Assembly: GCA_965206595.1 (NCBI GenBank)
Contig: OZ242214.1
Coordinates: 3,936,001-4,000,000 of the forward strand
Reading direction: 5' to 3'
From: Candidatus Latescibacterota bacterium
GTDB taxonomy: Bacteria; Latescibacterota; UBA2968; UBA8231
Length of the DNA: 64,000 nucleotides
Positions 43,108 to 52,908 of the stretch are shown piece by piece (position 1 is the stretch's first letter; the number at the start of each line of letters is the position of its first letter). The notes beneath the pieces are model-generated. The model worked only from the letters and a program-made list of their open reading frames with translations, had not been told where the DNA came from and ran no database searches. Position numbers and translations under genes: made by a program.

Positions 43108-43443
43108 CTACTGGTCGAAGTACTTCGCCAGGATCAGCTCCTTGATCTCCTCGATCCCCCTTCCTTCATGGTGCCACTTGAAGGCGTCACGGCCTTCTTC
43201 GTTGCACTGGCGTCAGGTAGGGGGACAGCCTCCCTCGTAGCACCAGGCCAGGGTCTGTTTGCAACAGGCGCACGGCACCTCGCTGACCACCTCGGGGATC
43301 TCCTCCAGCAGGGTCCGGTAGAGGGCGAGTCCGTCAGGCGGCAACTCCGGCGGCTGGCTTTGCTGATGCAGGACGTAACCGCCGCCGGACAGAAGAACAG
43401 CTGCCGCTATGACGGCGAGGGCGGCTTTCCCTTTAGTGATCAC
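43108..43443 (-). CDS. PCYCGC-like Cys-rich exported protein with in-frame TGA at 43213-43215 (putative selenoprotein, 111 aa)
   Basis: VPCACC..LAWCY..GCPPT-TGA-RQCNEEGRDAFKWHHEGRGIEEIKELILAKYFDQ-TAG; the post-TGA part fits the CxxC..G..EI...I..KY tail of PCYCGC proteins. Confidence 0.7.
43173..43212 (-). promoter_or_regulatory. Putative bacterial SECIS stem-loop
   Basis: mRNA after UGA: CGCCAGUGCAACGAA-GAAGGC-CGUGAC-GCCUUC-AAGUGGC; 6-bp upper stem (43180-43197), loop 21 nt from UGA, GCCA/UGGC lower pairing. Confidence 0.55.
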
Positions 43444-43903
43444 TGTGCCCCTCCATTTTGCTGGCGGCCGGGGCGGAACCAGCCTCTCCGGCAGGTCGAA
43501 TCTCCGTGATCTCGATCCCGGTCAGGCCTCCCGAGGACCACAGGATCCCCTCGACGCTCACAGCCTGGCCGAGGTGCGGCAGCACAACTTCCTTCGGGTC
43601 GGCATGCCCGGAGGGCAGCACGACGAAAAGGTTCCCCGTCCTCTCCTCGAGGAAGGCCATCGGCATCCCGAGGTTGGCGCAGTAGACGGCGCACTTGGTG
43701 TGCTCCGGCCCGCTGGAGTCGTGGCGGAAGTAGCAGGCGATGTCGACGATCTCCCCCTGCATGGAAGCGGTATCGGCGACGGCCGCCTCGGCCGCCTCCG
43801 CCTTCTGGGTGGAGGCCTTGTCCTCGTGCACCGAGCACTGACTGCCTGTCGCTGCGGCCGGCAGGGCGATGGCGAGGATGGCGGCGAATCGGAAGCGTTT
43901 CAT
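43433..43903 (-). CDS. Secreted Cys/His protein, probable OB-fold metal-binding accessory
   Basis: Signal peptide; GEIVDIACY..HTKCAVYCANLGMP..GQAVSVEG; ATGA overlap with the cusA stop. Confidence 0.75.
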   Translation of the reverse strand: MKRFRFAAILAIALPAAATGSQCSVHEDKASTQKAEAAEAAVADTASMQGEIVDIACYFRHDSSGPEHTKCAVYCANLGMPMAFLEERTGNLFVVLPSGHADPKEVVLPHLGQAVSVEGILWSSGGLTGIEITEIRPAGEAGSAPAASKMEGHSDH

Positions 43904-46900
43904 GCTTTCACTCCTTCGTTGTGGGTGTGTGTATCCGTTGTCGGTTTGGCGCGGTCCCGCATCTGCAGGCCGCGCCAGAGCGTGTAAACGGCCGGCAGCA
44001 CCAGCAGCGCTAACAGTGTAGCGGTCGCCAGCCCCCCTACCATCGGGGCGGCTATCCGCTTCATCACCTGGGACCCTGTTCCCGAGGCCCACATGATCGG
44101 CAGCAGGCCGCCGACCGTCGAGCCTACGGTCATGAAGATCGGCCGCACCCGCCTCGAGGCCCCGTCGACGACGGCCGCGGCGAGATCGCCCGGGCTTTCG
44201 AGCCCGCCCTCCCTGCGGCGGCTTTCGAGCGCCTGGTCGAGGTAGGTCAGCATGACCACCCCGAGCTCGGCGCTGACCCCGGCGAGGGCGATGAACCCCA
44301 CGCCGACGGCGATGCTCATGTTGTAACCGAGCAGGTAGATGAGCCAGATCCCCCCGACCAGGGCGAAGGGGAGCGTCAACATCACCATCAGGCTCTCGGC
44401 GACGCTGCGAAAGTGGAGATACAGGAGCAGGAAGATGATGGCAAGCGTCACCGGAACGACGAGGCTCAGCCGCTGTTTGGCCCTCTCCATGTATTCGTAC
44501 TGGCCGCTCCAGACGAGGCTGTACCCAGGCGGCAGGTCGATCTGCTCGCCGACGGCCTGCCGCGCCTTCTCGACGTAGCTGCCGACGTCGACGTCGCGGA
44601 TGTCGATGTAGACCCAGGCGTTGAGGCGCGCGTTCTCGCTCTTGATGCCGGACGGCCCCTTGCTGAAGCGCAGGTCGGCGACCTGCCCGATGGGGATCTG
44701 CGCCCCCGTTGGCGTGGCCACCAGCACCCGCCGCAGGGCCGGCAGGTTGTCGCGCAGCTCCCGTCCGTAGCGCAGGTTGACCGGGTAGCGCTCGCGCCCC
44801 TCGACGGTGTAGGTAACGTTGACGCCGCCCATGGCCGACAGGATCACGTCCTGCACGTCGCCGACCGTCAGGCCGTAGCGCGCCGCCTCCTCGCGGTCGA
44901 TCTCGAAGTCGACGTAGTTGCCTCCGACGACCCGCTCGGCGTAGACGCTGGCGGTGCCGGGAAGCTCGCGCACCACCTGCTCGATCCGCCGGCCGACCTG
45001 CTCGAGGGTTTCGAGATCGTCGCCGGCGACCTTGATGCCTACGGGGGTCTTGATGCCGGTCGAGAGCATGTCGATGCGCGTCTTGATCGGCATGGTCCAG
45101 GAGTTGGTGAGGCCGGGAAAGCGGACCGCGGCGTCGAGCTCCCTGACCAGCTTCTCCGGGGTCATGCCCGGCCGCCACTCCTCCTGCGGCCGCAGGGTGA
45201 TTGTGGTCTCGATCATCGACAGCGGCGCCGGGTCGGTGGCGGTCTCGGCGCGGCCCACCTTGCCGAACACGTTCTCCACTTCGGGGAAGCTGCGGATGAT
45301 CCGGTCGGTCTGCTGCAGCAGCTCCCGCGCCTTTCTCACGGACACCCCCGGCAGGGTCGTCGGCATGTAGAGCAGGTCCCCCTCGTACAGGGGCGGCATG
45401 AACTCCGACCCGATCATCTCGAAGGGAAAGAGCCGCTGCAGGCGCTGGAGCGCCTGGTGCGCGAAGCTTCCGGGCCGGTCGGCGAAGCGCTCGACGACGG
45501 CGCTGCGGAAGGGAAACAGCGACACGAACATCACCGCCGCGGCGGCGGCGAGCACCGCGGCCTTGTGGCGCAGCAGCCAGCCCAGGACCGACGCGTACCC
45601 CCGGGTCAGCAGGCGGTTGAGGGGGTTGCGGTCCGCGTTGACGACGCGGCCGCGCAGGCAGAAGCCGATCAGCACCGGCACCACCGTGATCGACAGGATG
45701 GCGGCGGCGGCCATGGCGTAGGTCTTGGTGTAGGCCAGCGGCTTGAACAGCCGCCCTTCCTGCGCCTCCAGGGCGAAAACCGGCAGGAAGGACAGGGTGA
45801 CGATCAGCAGCGAGTAGAACAGCGCCGGCCCCACTTCCTTCGAAGCGTTGGCGATGATCTCCCAGTGGCCCTTGCGCCCGGCGTCCCGCGCCAGGTGCCG
45901 GTGGGCGTTCTCGATCTGCACGATGCCGGCGTCGACCATGGCGCCGACGGCGATGGCGATCCCCCCGAGCGACATGATGTTGGCGTTGATGCCCTGGCCC
46001 CACATGACGATGAAGGAGACGAGAATGCCCAGGGGCAGCGTGATGACGGCGGCGAAGGCGCTGCGGAAGTGGAGGAGGAAGAGCGCGCATACCGCGACCA
46101 CCACGAGGCACTCCTCTATCAGCTTCTCCTGCAGATGGCCGACGGCGCGGCGGATGAGCCCGGAGCGGTCGTAGGCGGTCTCCACGACCACCCCTTCCGG
46201 AAGGCCGGCCTCGAGCTCTTCGAGCCTCTCCTTGACGGCGTCGATCACCTTCAGGGCGTTCTCGCCGTAGCGCATCACCACGATGCCGCCGGCGACCTCT
46301 CCTTCGCCGTTCCACTCCGCCAGGCCGCGGCGCAGCTCCGGCCCCACCTGCACGGTGGCGACGTCGCGCACCCGCACCGGCGTCCCGGAGCTGCCGGCGC
46401 TCACCGGCACGTTGCGGATGTCCTCGAGCGACCGGATGTACCCGAGCCCGCGCACCATGAACTCGGTCTCGGCCAGCTCGATGAGGCGGCCGCCGACGTC
46501 GCTGTTGCTGCGCCGGATCGCGGCCCCGACCTGCTGCAGGGGAACCCCGTAGGCCAGCAGCTTGTTGGGGTCGACGGTCACCTGGTACTGCTTGACGAAG
46601 CCGCCGATGCTCGCGACCTCGGCGACCCCGGGCACGCTGGTCAGCTCGTAGCGCAGGTACCAGTCCTGGATCGAGCGCAGCTCGGCGAGGTCGCGGCGGC
46701 CGCTGGTGTCGACCAGGGCGTACTCGTACACCCAGCCGACCCCGGTGGCGTCCGGACCGAGCCTGGGCAGCACCCCTGCCGGCAGGCGGTCCCCGGCGAA
46801 GTTCAGGTACTCGAGCACGCGGCTGCGCGCCCAGTAGATGTCGGTGCCGTCCTCGAAAATGACGTAGACGAAGGAGAGCCCGAAGAAGGAGTACCCCCTC

Positions 46901-47145
46901 ACCGCCTTGGCGAACGGCACCGCCAGCATCGCCGTGCTCAGCGGAAAGGTCACCTGGTCCTCGACCACCTGCGGGGCCTGTCCCGGGTACTCGCTGTACA
47001 CGATCACCTGCACGTCCGACAGGTCGGGGATGGCGTCGAGCGGGGTGTCGGACATGGCGAGGAAACCGGCCGCCGCGGCCAGCAGGGCCAGAAGCAGGGT
47101 CAGCAGCTTGTTGCCGACGCAGGCCTCGATGACTCGGCCTATCAT
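43900..47145 (-). CDS. cusA: Heavy-metal efflux RND permease, Cu(I)/Ag(I) type
   Basis: LDAIPDLSDVQVI, GPDATGVGW, GAMVDA; Met triad YMPTT / APLSMIET / WTMPIK; start may be GTG 47148. Confidence 0.92.
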   Translation of the reverse strand: MIGRVIEACVGNKLLTLLLALLAAAAGFLAMSDTPLDAIPDLSDVQVIVYSEYPGQAPQVVEDQVTFPLSTAMLAVPFAKAVRGYSFFGLSFVYVIFEDGTDIYWARSRVLEYLNFAGDRLPAGVLPRLGPDATGVGWVYEYALVDTSGRRDLAELRSIQDWYLRYELTSVPGVAEVASIGGFVKQYQVTVDPNKLLAYGVPLQQVGAAIRRSNSDVGGRLIELAETEFMVRGLGYIRSLEDIRNVPVSAGSSGTPVRVRDVATVQVGPELRRGLAEWNGEGEVAGGIVVMRYGENALKVIDAVKERLEELEAGLPEGVVVETAYDRSGLIRRAVGHLQEKLIEECLVVVAVCALFLLHFRSAFAAVITLPLGILVSFIVMWGQGINANIMSLGGIAIAVGAMVDAGIVQIENAHRHLARDAGRKGHWEIIANASKEVGPALFYSLLIVTLSFLPVFALEAQEGRLFKPLAYTKTYAMAAAAILSITVVPVLIGFCLRGRVVNADRNPLNRLLTRGYASVLGWLLRHKAAVLAAAAAVMFVSLFPFRSAVVERFADRPGSFAHQALQRLQRLFPFEMIGSEFMPPLYEGDLLYMPTTLPGVSVRKARELLQQTDRIIRSFPEVENVFGKVGRAETATDPAPLSMIETTITLRPQEEWRPGMTPEKLVRELDAAVRFPGLTNSWTMPIKTRIDMLSTGIKTPVGIKVAGDDLETLEQVGRRIEQVVRELPGTASVYAERVVGGNYVDFEIDREEAARYGLTVGDVQDVILSAMGGVNVTYTVEGRERYPVNLRYGRELRDNLPALRRVLVATPTGAQIPIGQVADLRFSKGPSGIKSENARLNAWVYIDIRDVDVGSYVEKARQAVGEQIDLPPGYSLVWSGQYEYMERAKQRLSLVVPVTLAIIFLLLYLHFRSVAESLMVMLTLPFALVGGIWLIYLLGYNMSIAVGVGFIALAGVSAELGVVMLTYLDQALESRRREGGLESPGDLAAAVVDGASRRVRPIFMTVGSTVGGLLPIMWASGTGSQVMKRIAAPMVGGLATATLLALLVLPAVYTLWRGLQMRDRAKPTTDTHTHNEGVKA

Positions 47146-48539
47146 CACGCACCCTCCCGCATGGACCGGACCGCGGCCTTGAGGTTGCTCTCCGAGTCGA
47201 TCAGGAACTGCGCCGAGGTGACGATCCGCTCCCCTTCGCGGAGGCCGTCGAGCACCTCGTAGAAGCCCTCCGCCTCCGCTCCGACGCGGATCTCGCGCGG
47301 CTGGAAGCGGCCCTCGCCGAGGCTGACGACGGCGAGGCGGCGCGCCCCGGAGTGGATCACCGCCTGCACCGGAACCGCGACGACGCGCTCCTCCGGAAGG
47401 GGCGAGCGGATGGTGACGTTGGCGTACATCTCCGGCTTCAGCTCGAGTCCGGGGTTGGGCAAGGTCACGCGCACCTTCACGGTCCGCGTCTTCGCTTCGA
47501 GGAAGGGGTAGACGTAGGTGACCTTGCCGGTGAAGGTCTTCCCGGGCAGGTAGGGCAGCTCGACCACGGCCTCCTGCCCCTCCCGCACCCACGGCAGCTC
47601 GTACTCGTAGATGTCGGCGTAAACCCAGACATGCGACAGCTCGGCGATGCGGTAGAGGTGCTGCCCCCGGGCGATGTGCTGACCGTCGAACACCGCCTTG
47701 TGAACCACGGTCCCCTGCTGCGGGGAGTGCACGGTCATGGTGCGCCGCACCGACCCGGTCTCCCGCAGCTCGTCTATCTGCCGGTCGCTGATGTCCCAGT
47801 AGCGCAGCCGCTGCAGCGACGCCGACAGCAGGTCGCGCGCCCCTGCGAGGGCGTCGCCCTCCGCGCCCTCCGCGCCCTCCGCGCCGGCGCGGAGGCGCGC
47901 GCTGTAGTCGACCGCGGTCAGAAACTCCTCCTGGGCAGCCACCAGCTCCGGGCTGTAGATCTGCAGCAACGGCTCTCCTTTCCCGACCATCTGCCCGGTG
48001 TAGTCGACGAACAGCTTCTCCACCCAGCCGGCGATCTTGGTGTTGACGTCCGTCATGCGCGTCTCGTCGTAGTCGACGCGGCCGACGGTGCGCAGGGTGC
48101 GGTGCAGAATCCGGCGCTCCACCGCCGCGGTCTTCACCCCGATGTTCTGCACCGTCGCAGCATCGATGGTCACCGTGCCCTCGGCTTCCAGCTCGTCCTC
48201 GTACACCGGCACCAGGTCCATCCCCATCGGAGACTTTCCCGGCTCCGGGGAGGTGTACGACGGGTCCATCGGCGCCCGCCAGTAGGCGATGACGCGTTCG
48301 CCTCCGGAGGCGCTGCCTCCGGCCGGCTCGTCGGCCACCAGGTCCATGCCGCAGATCGGGCAACTGCCCGGACCGTCGGAGACCACGGTCGGGTGCATGG
48401 GACAGCGGTACACGGAGGCTTCCTCATGTTGGGCGTACGACTGCATTTCGAATGCGCCCCCCAGCCACAGGCCGAGACCGAGCCCGGCGGCCAGCGACAG
48501 GACGACGGCGATTCCGTATTTCCACATGGCGGTCTTCAT
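47145..48539 (-). CDS. cusB: Efflux RND periplasmic adaptor with heavy-metal-binding domains
   Basis: YRCPMHP..CPICGMDL, APMDPSY..GKSPMGMDL, YSPELVAAQEE, LKPEMY, SAQFLIDSES. Confidence 0.9.
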   Translation of the reverse strand: MKTAMWKYGIAVVLSLAAGLGLGLWLGGAFEMQSYAQHEEASVYRCPMHPTVVSDGPGSCPICGMDLVADEPAGGSASGGERVIAYWRAPMDPSYTSPEPGKSPMGMDLVPVYEDELEAEGTVTIDAATVQNIGVKTAAVERRILHRTLRTVGRVDYDETRMTDVNTKIAGWVEKLFVDYTGQMVGKGEPLLQIYSPELVAAQEEFLTAVDYSARLRAGAEGAEGAEGDALAGARDLLSASLQRLRYWDISDRQIDELRETGSVRRTMTVHSPQQGTVVHKAVFDGQHIARGQHLYRIAELSHVWVYADIYEYELPWVREGQEAVVELPYLPGKTFTGKVTYVYPFLEAKTRTVKVRVTLPNPGLELKPEMYANVTIRSPLPEERVVAVPVQAVIHSGARRLAVVSLGEGRFQPREIRVGAEAEGFYEVLDGLREGERIVTSAQFLIDSESNLKAAVRSMREGA

Positions 48540-48711
48540 GTTCTTTCCTCCCGCAGTGCTCGAGCCAGCAGGTAGTCGCGCTTGCCCCGGAAGTCGAGGC
48601 TCCTTCTCTCACGGCGCGGGACCGGCGCGGGTTGGAGCACCCGCCGGAGCGAGCGCGGCAGCGGGCACGGATGTATCGGCGCCTTTGCGGGAATGGTTTT
48701 GTCGGCGAGCA

Positions 48712-49968
48712 TCAGAAGAGCCTCCTGCCCACGACGGACTCCAGCTGCGCCAGGGTCTTCTCGTATTGCGACAGGTGGCGGTAGTAGTCGATCTCGAAAT
48801 TCAGCAGGGTCACCTGGCTGTCGAGCAGGGTGAGGAAGTCGACCTCGTCGACCTGGTAGCCGGCGATGGCCGCGGCCAGCGACTGGTCGGCCTGGGGAAT
48901 GATCGCGTCGCGGAACAGCGCCATCTCCCGCAGGTGGGTCTCGGCGTCGATCCGCAGCTGCTCGATCTGCAGGGCCAGCTCGCGGCTTTCCGCCTCGAGC
49001 TCCGCCTCGGCCGCCCTGACCTCCGCCCGCGCCGCGGCGATCTCCCGCTGCCTGCGGCCCTGGTAGACCGGCAGGTTCAGCATCACGCCGGCGGAGAAGA
49101 AGTCGCTTCCCGCCACCGCATCCTCCCTGAAGCCGCGCTGGCGCCAGGCGGCGCTGACCTGGAAATCCGGGCGGCGTTCCCGATCCGCCAGCTCCTCGAC
49201 CGCCCGCCAGCGCTCCCGCCTGGCGCGCAGGCGGTTCAGGAGTGGGCGCTCGCCCTGGGCGAGCGCCCACAGCCGGCCCGCGTCGATGTCGAGAGGGGTC
49301 CGCTCGATCGGGGGCGCCCTGCCCACAGGTTCTCCCGGGGGCCGGTTCAGCACCGCGTTCAGCCGGGCGCCGGTCCGCCGCCGTTGCCGCTCCAGCATCA
49401 ACAGGCGGTCGCGCAGGCTCGACAGCGACACCTGCGCCTTGAGCACGTCCTGCTGGGGGCCGCGGGCCACCGAGTACTTGCTCTGCGCGATGCGAACGAA
49501 ATCCTTCAGCAGCGACCGGTTCCTCTCGGCGATGGCGATCGCCCTGTCGAGGAAGCCCAGCTCGTAATAGGCCTGCTTCACCATGTTGGCGACGGTCAGC
49601 TCGCGTTCCCGGTGGGCGCCTGCAACGGCCTCGGCGGCGTGGGAGGCGGCGCGTTCCCGGGCCTTGCGCTTGCCCGGGTAGGGGAGCTTCTGGGACAGGG
49701 TTACCTGGCGGCCGCTCATCGGCGAGCCGTCGAGGTCGAAGGGACTGAAAGGGACGTTGCTCAGCTCCAGCCGGAGCGACGGGTCCTGCAGCGCCCCGGC
49801 GGCGGGGACCCTGGCCTCGGCCGCGGCGGTCCGGTGCTCGAGCGCCTTCAGCCCGGGATTCGCGGCCAGGGCCTCCTCGATCAGGCGCTCGAGGTCGAGC
49901 TCGGGTGGATCAGCGGACGCGGACGCGGCCAGCGCCAGCGCCGCGGCGGCAATGATTCTTCGGTGCAT
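48712..49968 (-). CDS. TolC/CusC-family outer-membrane factor
   Basis: Signal peptide, ALAANP, SQKLPYPGKR, QQDVLKAQV, DFLTLLDSQ. Confidence 0.88.
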   Translation of the reverse strand: MHRRIIAAAALALAASASADPPELDLERLIEEALAANPGLKALEHRTAAAEARVPAAGALQDPSLRLELSNVPFSPFDLDGSPMSGRQVTLSQKLPYPGKRKARERAASHAAEAVAGAHRERELTVANMVKQAYYELGFLDRAIAIAERNRSLLKDFVRIAQSKYSVARGPQQDVLKAQVSLSSLRDRLLMLERQRRRTGARLNAVLNRPPGEPVGRAPPIERTPLDIDAGRLWALAQGERPLLNRLRARRERWRAVEELADRERRPDFQVSAAWRQRGFREDAVAGSDFFSAGVMLNLPVYQGRRQREIAAARAEVRAAEAELEAESRELALQIEQLRIDAETHLREMALFRDAIIPQADQSLAAAIAGYQVDEVDFLTLLDSQVTLLNFEIDYYRHLSQYEKTLAQLESVVGRRLF

Positions 49969-50128
49969 CTTCCTCCTCCTGCAAAAGGCGAACCGCCCGC
50001 GCACCGGGTAGACCGGTACAGGCGGCAATGCGCAGGACTCGCTGCCCGGCCTTCGGTGCAGAACCGGCCTGCGCTTCGCTTGATGCGCTCTGCATCGGCC
50101 GCGGCGGCGCGACGAGAGCGGAGGAGGA

Positions 50129-50509
50129 TCAGATCAGGTAGACGTCGTGGAGGACGTAGAGGGGAACTGCGGCGGGATGCAGCGGGGGCCGGATGCCGGA
50201 AGGACGCGGCGGTGCCGCCCGGGGAGCGCGCTCCGGAGCCTTGGGGGCGAGCGCCGGGGCCGGGGCCTTGGCCGCGGGCAGGTAGCCGTGGCCCGGCTCG
50301 GCGGAAGGCTGCGAATCCTCGGCGCAGGCCAGGGCGGAGCAGCAGAAGCAATCGGCCCGAAGCTGCGGCCGGTCGTCGGCCTGCTGCGGGTGGCAGCCGG
50401 GAGCCGCCTCCACCTGCGCGCAGTGGAGGCAGTACCCCTCCAGGGCGAAACTGGAAGCCGGCAGGGCGGCGACGAGCGCTGCCAGCGCTATGGCTCGGAC
50501 GATTCTCAT
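50129..50509 (-). CDS. Small exported Cys/His-rich protein heading the efflux operon (CzcI/DUF2946-like)
   Basis: Signal peptide, YCLHC, GCH, DCFCC, Pro-rich linker, C-terminal PLYVLHDVYLI. Confidence 0.65.
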   Translation of the reverse strand: MRIVRAIALAALVAALPASSFALEGYCLHCAQVEAAPGCHPQQADDRPQLRADCFCCSALACAEDSQPSAEPGHGYLPAAKAPAPALAPKAPERAPRAAPPRPSGIRPPLHPAAVPLYVLHDVYLI

Positions 50510-50830
50510 CTCAGTTCCGATTTTCGCAACATACCCGTAGCGCCGACGCTCCGCAACCCGGAAGGTTCCTGCCGTTTGGCACTTCAGCGGCTCCTGTCAC
50601 GGCCCTGGAGCGCGCTACCTCCTTCACGGTGCCCCTGTCCGCCAAGTCCACGCGCGGCATCATCCCCGGCGACTGGCGACGATCCGGCTACTTGAAGTAG
50701 AGCAACCGCCGCGTTTGCACTACTTCAGGGTGCCGCAAGACAGTGAGATAGACGCCGACGGCCACCTCTTCGCCCGGCTGGTCGCGGGCGTCCCAGCGGA
50801 GTTGGTAGCATCCGGCGAACTGAAATTGGT

Positions 50831-51979
50831 TCACCAGCGTACGACCTGGTTCGCAAGGGAGTATTGCAGTTGCATCGAGTAGGTGTTGTCGGCGTAGCTC
50901 CGGGTGGGGTCGTTCGAGTCGTTGGTCACAAACGCGTATTCCAGTCGTGCTGCAAGGTTGTCGCGGAGGTCATGCTTAATTCCGAAGCGCAACAGAGTGA
51001 GGTTGTCACGCCGATTGGTGCCTGTCCCGGGCACGATCCAATCCTGGTATAACTTGAAATGATGGCGCGCAGCGAGGCTCGCGTTGGAACGAGCCGCGAA
51101 TCGCCAGATGAAAAAAGACCCTATTCGGTGGTTGGCGAAGTTGAAATCGACATCGTCCGCATCCCCGTTTTGATGGCCGAATTCACCCCTTTGCTCAGGC
51201 TCTCGAGGGAAGGGTGCGTGGCGCGGAAGTTCGCGGGTGGCTAGATCGATTTCGAACTGATATTTCAAATTCAGCAACACCCGCCCCAAGGCCATGCCCT
51301 CAAACCGGAGGCTGGCGGTCTGGCGGATCCCGCCCACGTACTTATTGAGGTCGGATATGATGATTCTCGGGTCGATAACGCCTCGGTACGCGCGGGTCTG
51401 ATAACCGGCGGCAACATGTGCAATCGCGCTGAACCGCCGTCTGAGCCCGCCTTCGACCATGACACTGCTGTAGGTGCTGCCTTTGCTGTTGGGAAAGTAC
51501 TTGATCCTCAACTCGGCACCGAACCGGGACGACCACGACGGGTTCCACCGGATTTGGAGTTGCCCGCTGATATCTTGCTTGAAGTATTCGTTGATGCGGT
51601 CATTGGGTTGGTGCCGCAGGCCGAGGTTGGCGACGGTCAGGAGCGTGGCATCGCGGGAAAGCCTGGGGTGCCAAAGACCCGACAGTAGGTGATCGTAGCG
51701 ATTCTTCCGGGTTGCGTCGGCGAAGCGACGCGGGGCCATCTCATAGCGTACGGCGATGCGCGTATGAGCATCAGGTATGGCCCTGACATCGACCCCTGCC
51801 CATATATACGCGGCAAAATCCCTTTGTTCGCCCCGTTCTGTCGGCACCTGAAAGACATTGTCTTCGTACTGGTAGCGGAGGTCAAAAAAGGACTTGATCC
51901 TCAAGGATGGGTCCGCGAGAACCAGGCACGGGGTATTCAGCGCCATCGACCATATAATAGCTGCTATTCGCAATGACAT
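50831..51979 (-). CDS. Putative outer-membrane beta-barrel protein
   Basis: Signal peptide, YQYEDNVF start, amphipathic strands, C-terminal YSMQLQYS. Confidence 0.7.
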   Translation of the reverse strand: MSLRIAAIIWSMALNTPCLVLADPSLRIKSFFDLRYQYEDNVFQVPTERGEQRDFAAYIWAGVDVRAIPDAHTRIAVRYEMAPRRFADATRKNRYDHLLSGLWHPRLSRDATLLTVANLGLRHQPNDRINEYFKQDISGQLQIRWNPSWSSRFGAELRIKYFPNSKGSTYSSVMVEGGLRRRFSAIAHVAAGYQTRAYRGVIDPRIIISDLNKYVGGIRQTASLRFEGMALGRVLLNLKYQFEIDLATRELPRHAPFPREPEQRGEFGHQNGDADDVDFNFANHRIGSFFIWRFAARSNASLAARHHFKLYQDWIVPGTGTNRRDNLTLLRFGIKHDLRDNLAARLEYAFVTNDSNDPTRSYADNTYSMQLQYSLANQVVRW

Positions 51980-51991
51980 GAAGAGCTACCG

Positions 51992-52885
51992 TCACTTTCC
52001 TTTGAGCATATTCTCGAGTGCCCGGGCGAGATGTATCGCTTTCTCACCCTGGATTTTTTCTTTGGCATACCAGTTCTCGCGTTTGGCGCGCCAAGTTTCC
52101 AGCGCCGATTCCGCATCCGCAATCTCGCCTTCCAATTCGGCGATATCGAGATTGCGGTCGAGATCAAACTCGTCTTCTTCCCCGCGGCGAATGTCGCGGA
52201 GCAACTCCAGCATGTTGCGCCGCAAATCGAGTGCTTTACTGGTTTCGCGGATCTGCCGGTCAAGCTCTCCGATTTTGATCCGTATAATATCCTGTTGGTC
52301 TTGGAGCACGGCCAATTTCTGCTGGATCTCATCGGGGCCGTCGGTTTGCGCGGGGACGACATCCAACGACAACAGCAACTCGCTGGACTCTCTGGCCATT
52401 TGATCCCGGTAGGTTTCTGCTTCCTTCTGAAATTTCAGCATTTCAGAAAGAATCCGGGTCTGGGCCTTGGCGTCTTTGGCGACGCGAGCTTCCCCGAAAA
52501 GCCGCTGGATTTCGGCGTTCAGCAGGCCCACGAGCATGCGTTGCTTGGCGACCGATTCCTCGGTGAGTACATAGATCCGGTCGTCGAGTGCCTGGATCCC
52601 ATCCGACAATTCCCGGGACGCCTGCAGGTCGTCCTGCAACTGACGCTCAAGCAGTCGGTCGCTGCCTTGTTGCAGGTCTTGTTTGGCCGTGCGGATCCTA
52701 GCGGTCAAGAGCTTGTTTTCGCGAATCAGCTTGTTGCTCTCCGCCGAGATGCCTTCGACCTGTTGGGCGAGTCGTTCAATCTGTAATCTCAAGTTATGTA
52801 GGGGTGGTTCCTCTGTGAACGCCGCCGCCGCCGTCCCGATTGAGATAGCGAAAAATAGCAAGAGACACCGCCGGCTAAAAAGCAT
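51992..52885 (-). CDS. Exported coiled-coil protein
   Basis: Signal peptide, heptad-rich, DGPDEIQQK..LQDQQD motif. Confidence 0.75.
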   Translation of the reverse strand: MLFSRRCLLLFFAISIGTAAAAFTEEPPLHNLRLQIERLAQQVEGISAESNKLIRENKLLTARIRTAKQDLQQGSDRLLERQLQDDLQASRELSDGIQALDDRIYVLTEESVAKQRMLVGLLNAEIQRLFGEARVAKDAKAQTRILSEMLKFQKEAETYRDQMARESSELLLSLDVVPAQTDGPDEIQQKLAVLQDQQDIIRIKIGELDRQIRETSKALDLRRNMLELLRDIRRGEEDEFDLDRNLDIAELEGEIADAESALETWRAKRENWYAKEKIQGEKAIHLARALENMLKGK

Positions 52886-52908
52886 GGTCCTGAACGCTCG
52901 CCGAGAGA

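Noticed and set aside
43433-47152. 1239-aa ORF suggesting a giant fusion
   Set aside because: Only the last 156 aa (from ATG 43903) look real; the rest is an alternate frame over cusA
47855-47885. 9-bp x3 repeat in cusB (AEG)3
   Set aside because: In-frame low-complexity linker; not a CRISPR or regulatory array
47146-48363. Apparent 400-aa N-terminal extension of CusA
   Set aside because: Out-of-frame overlap with cusB; CusA homology starts at MIGRVIEAC
48536-48712. Short ORF between tolC and cusB (MLADKTIP..)
   Set aside because: It overlaps both neighbours' ends but has no recognisable features; cannot be supported as a gene
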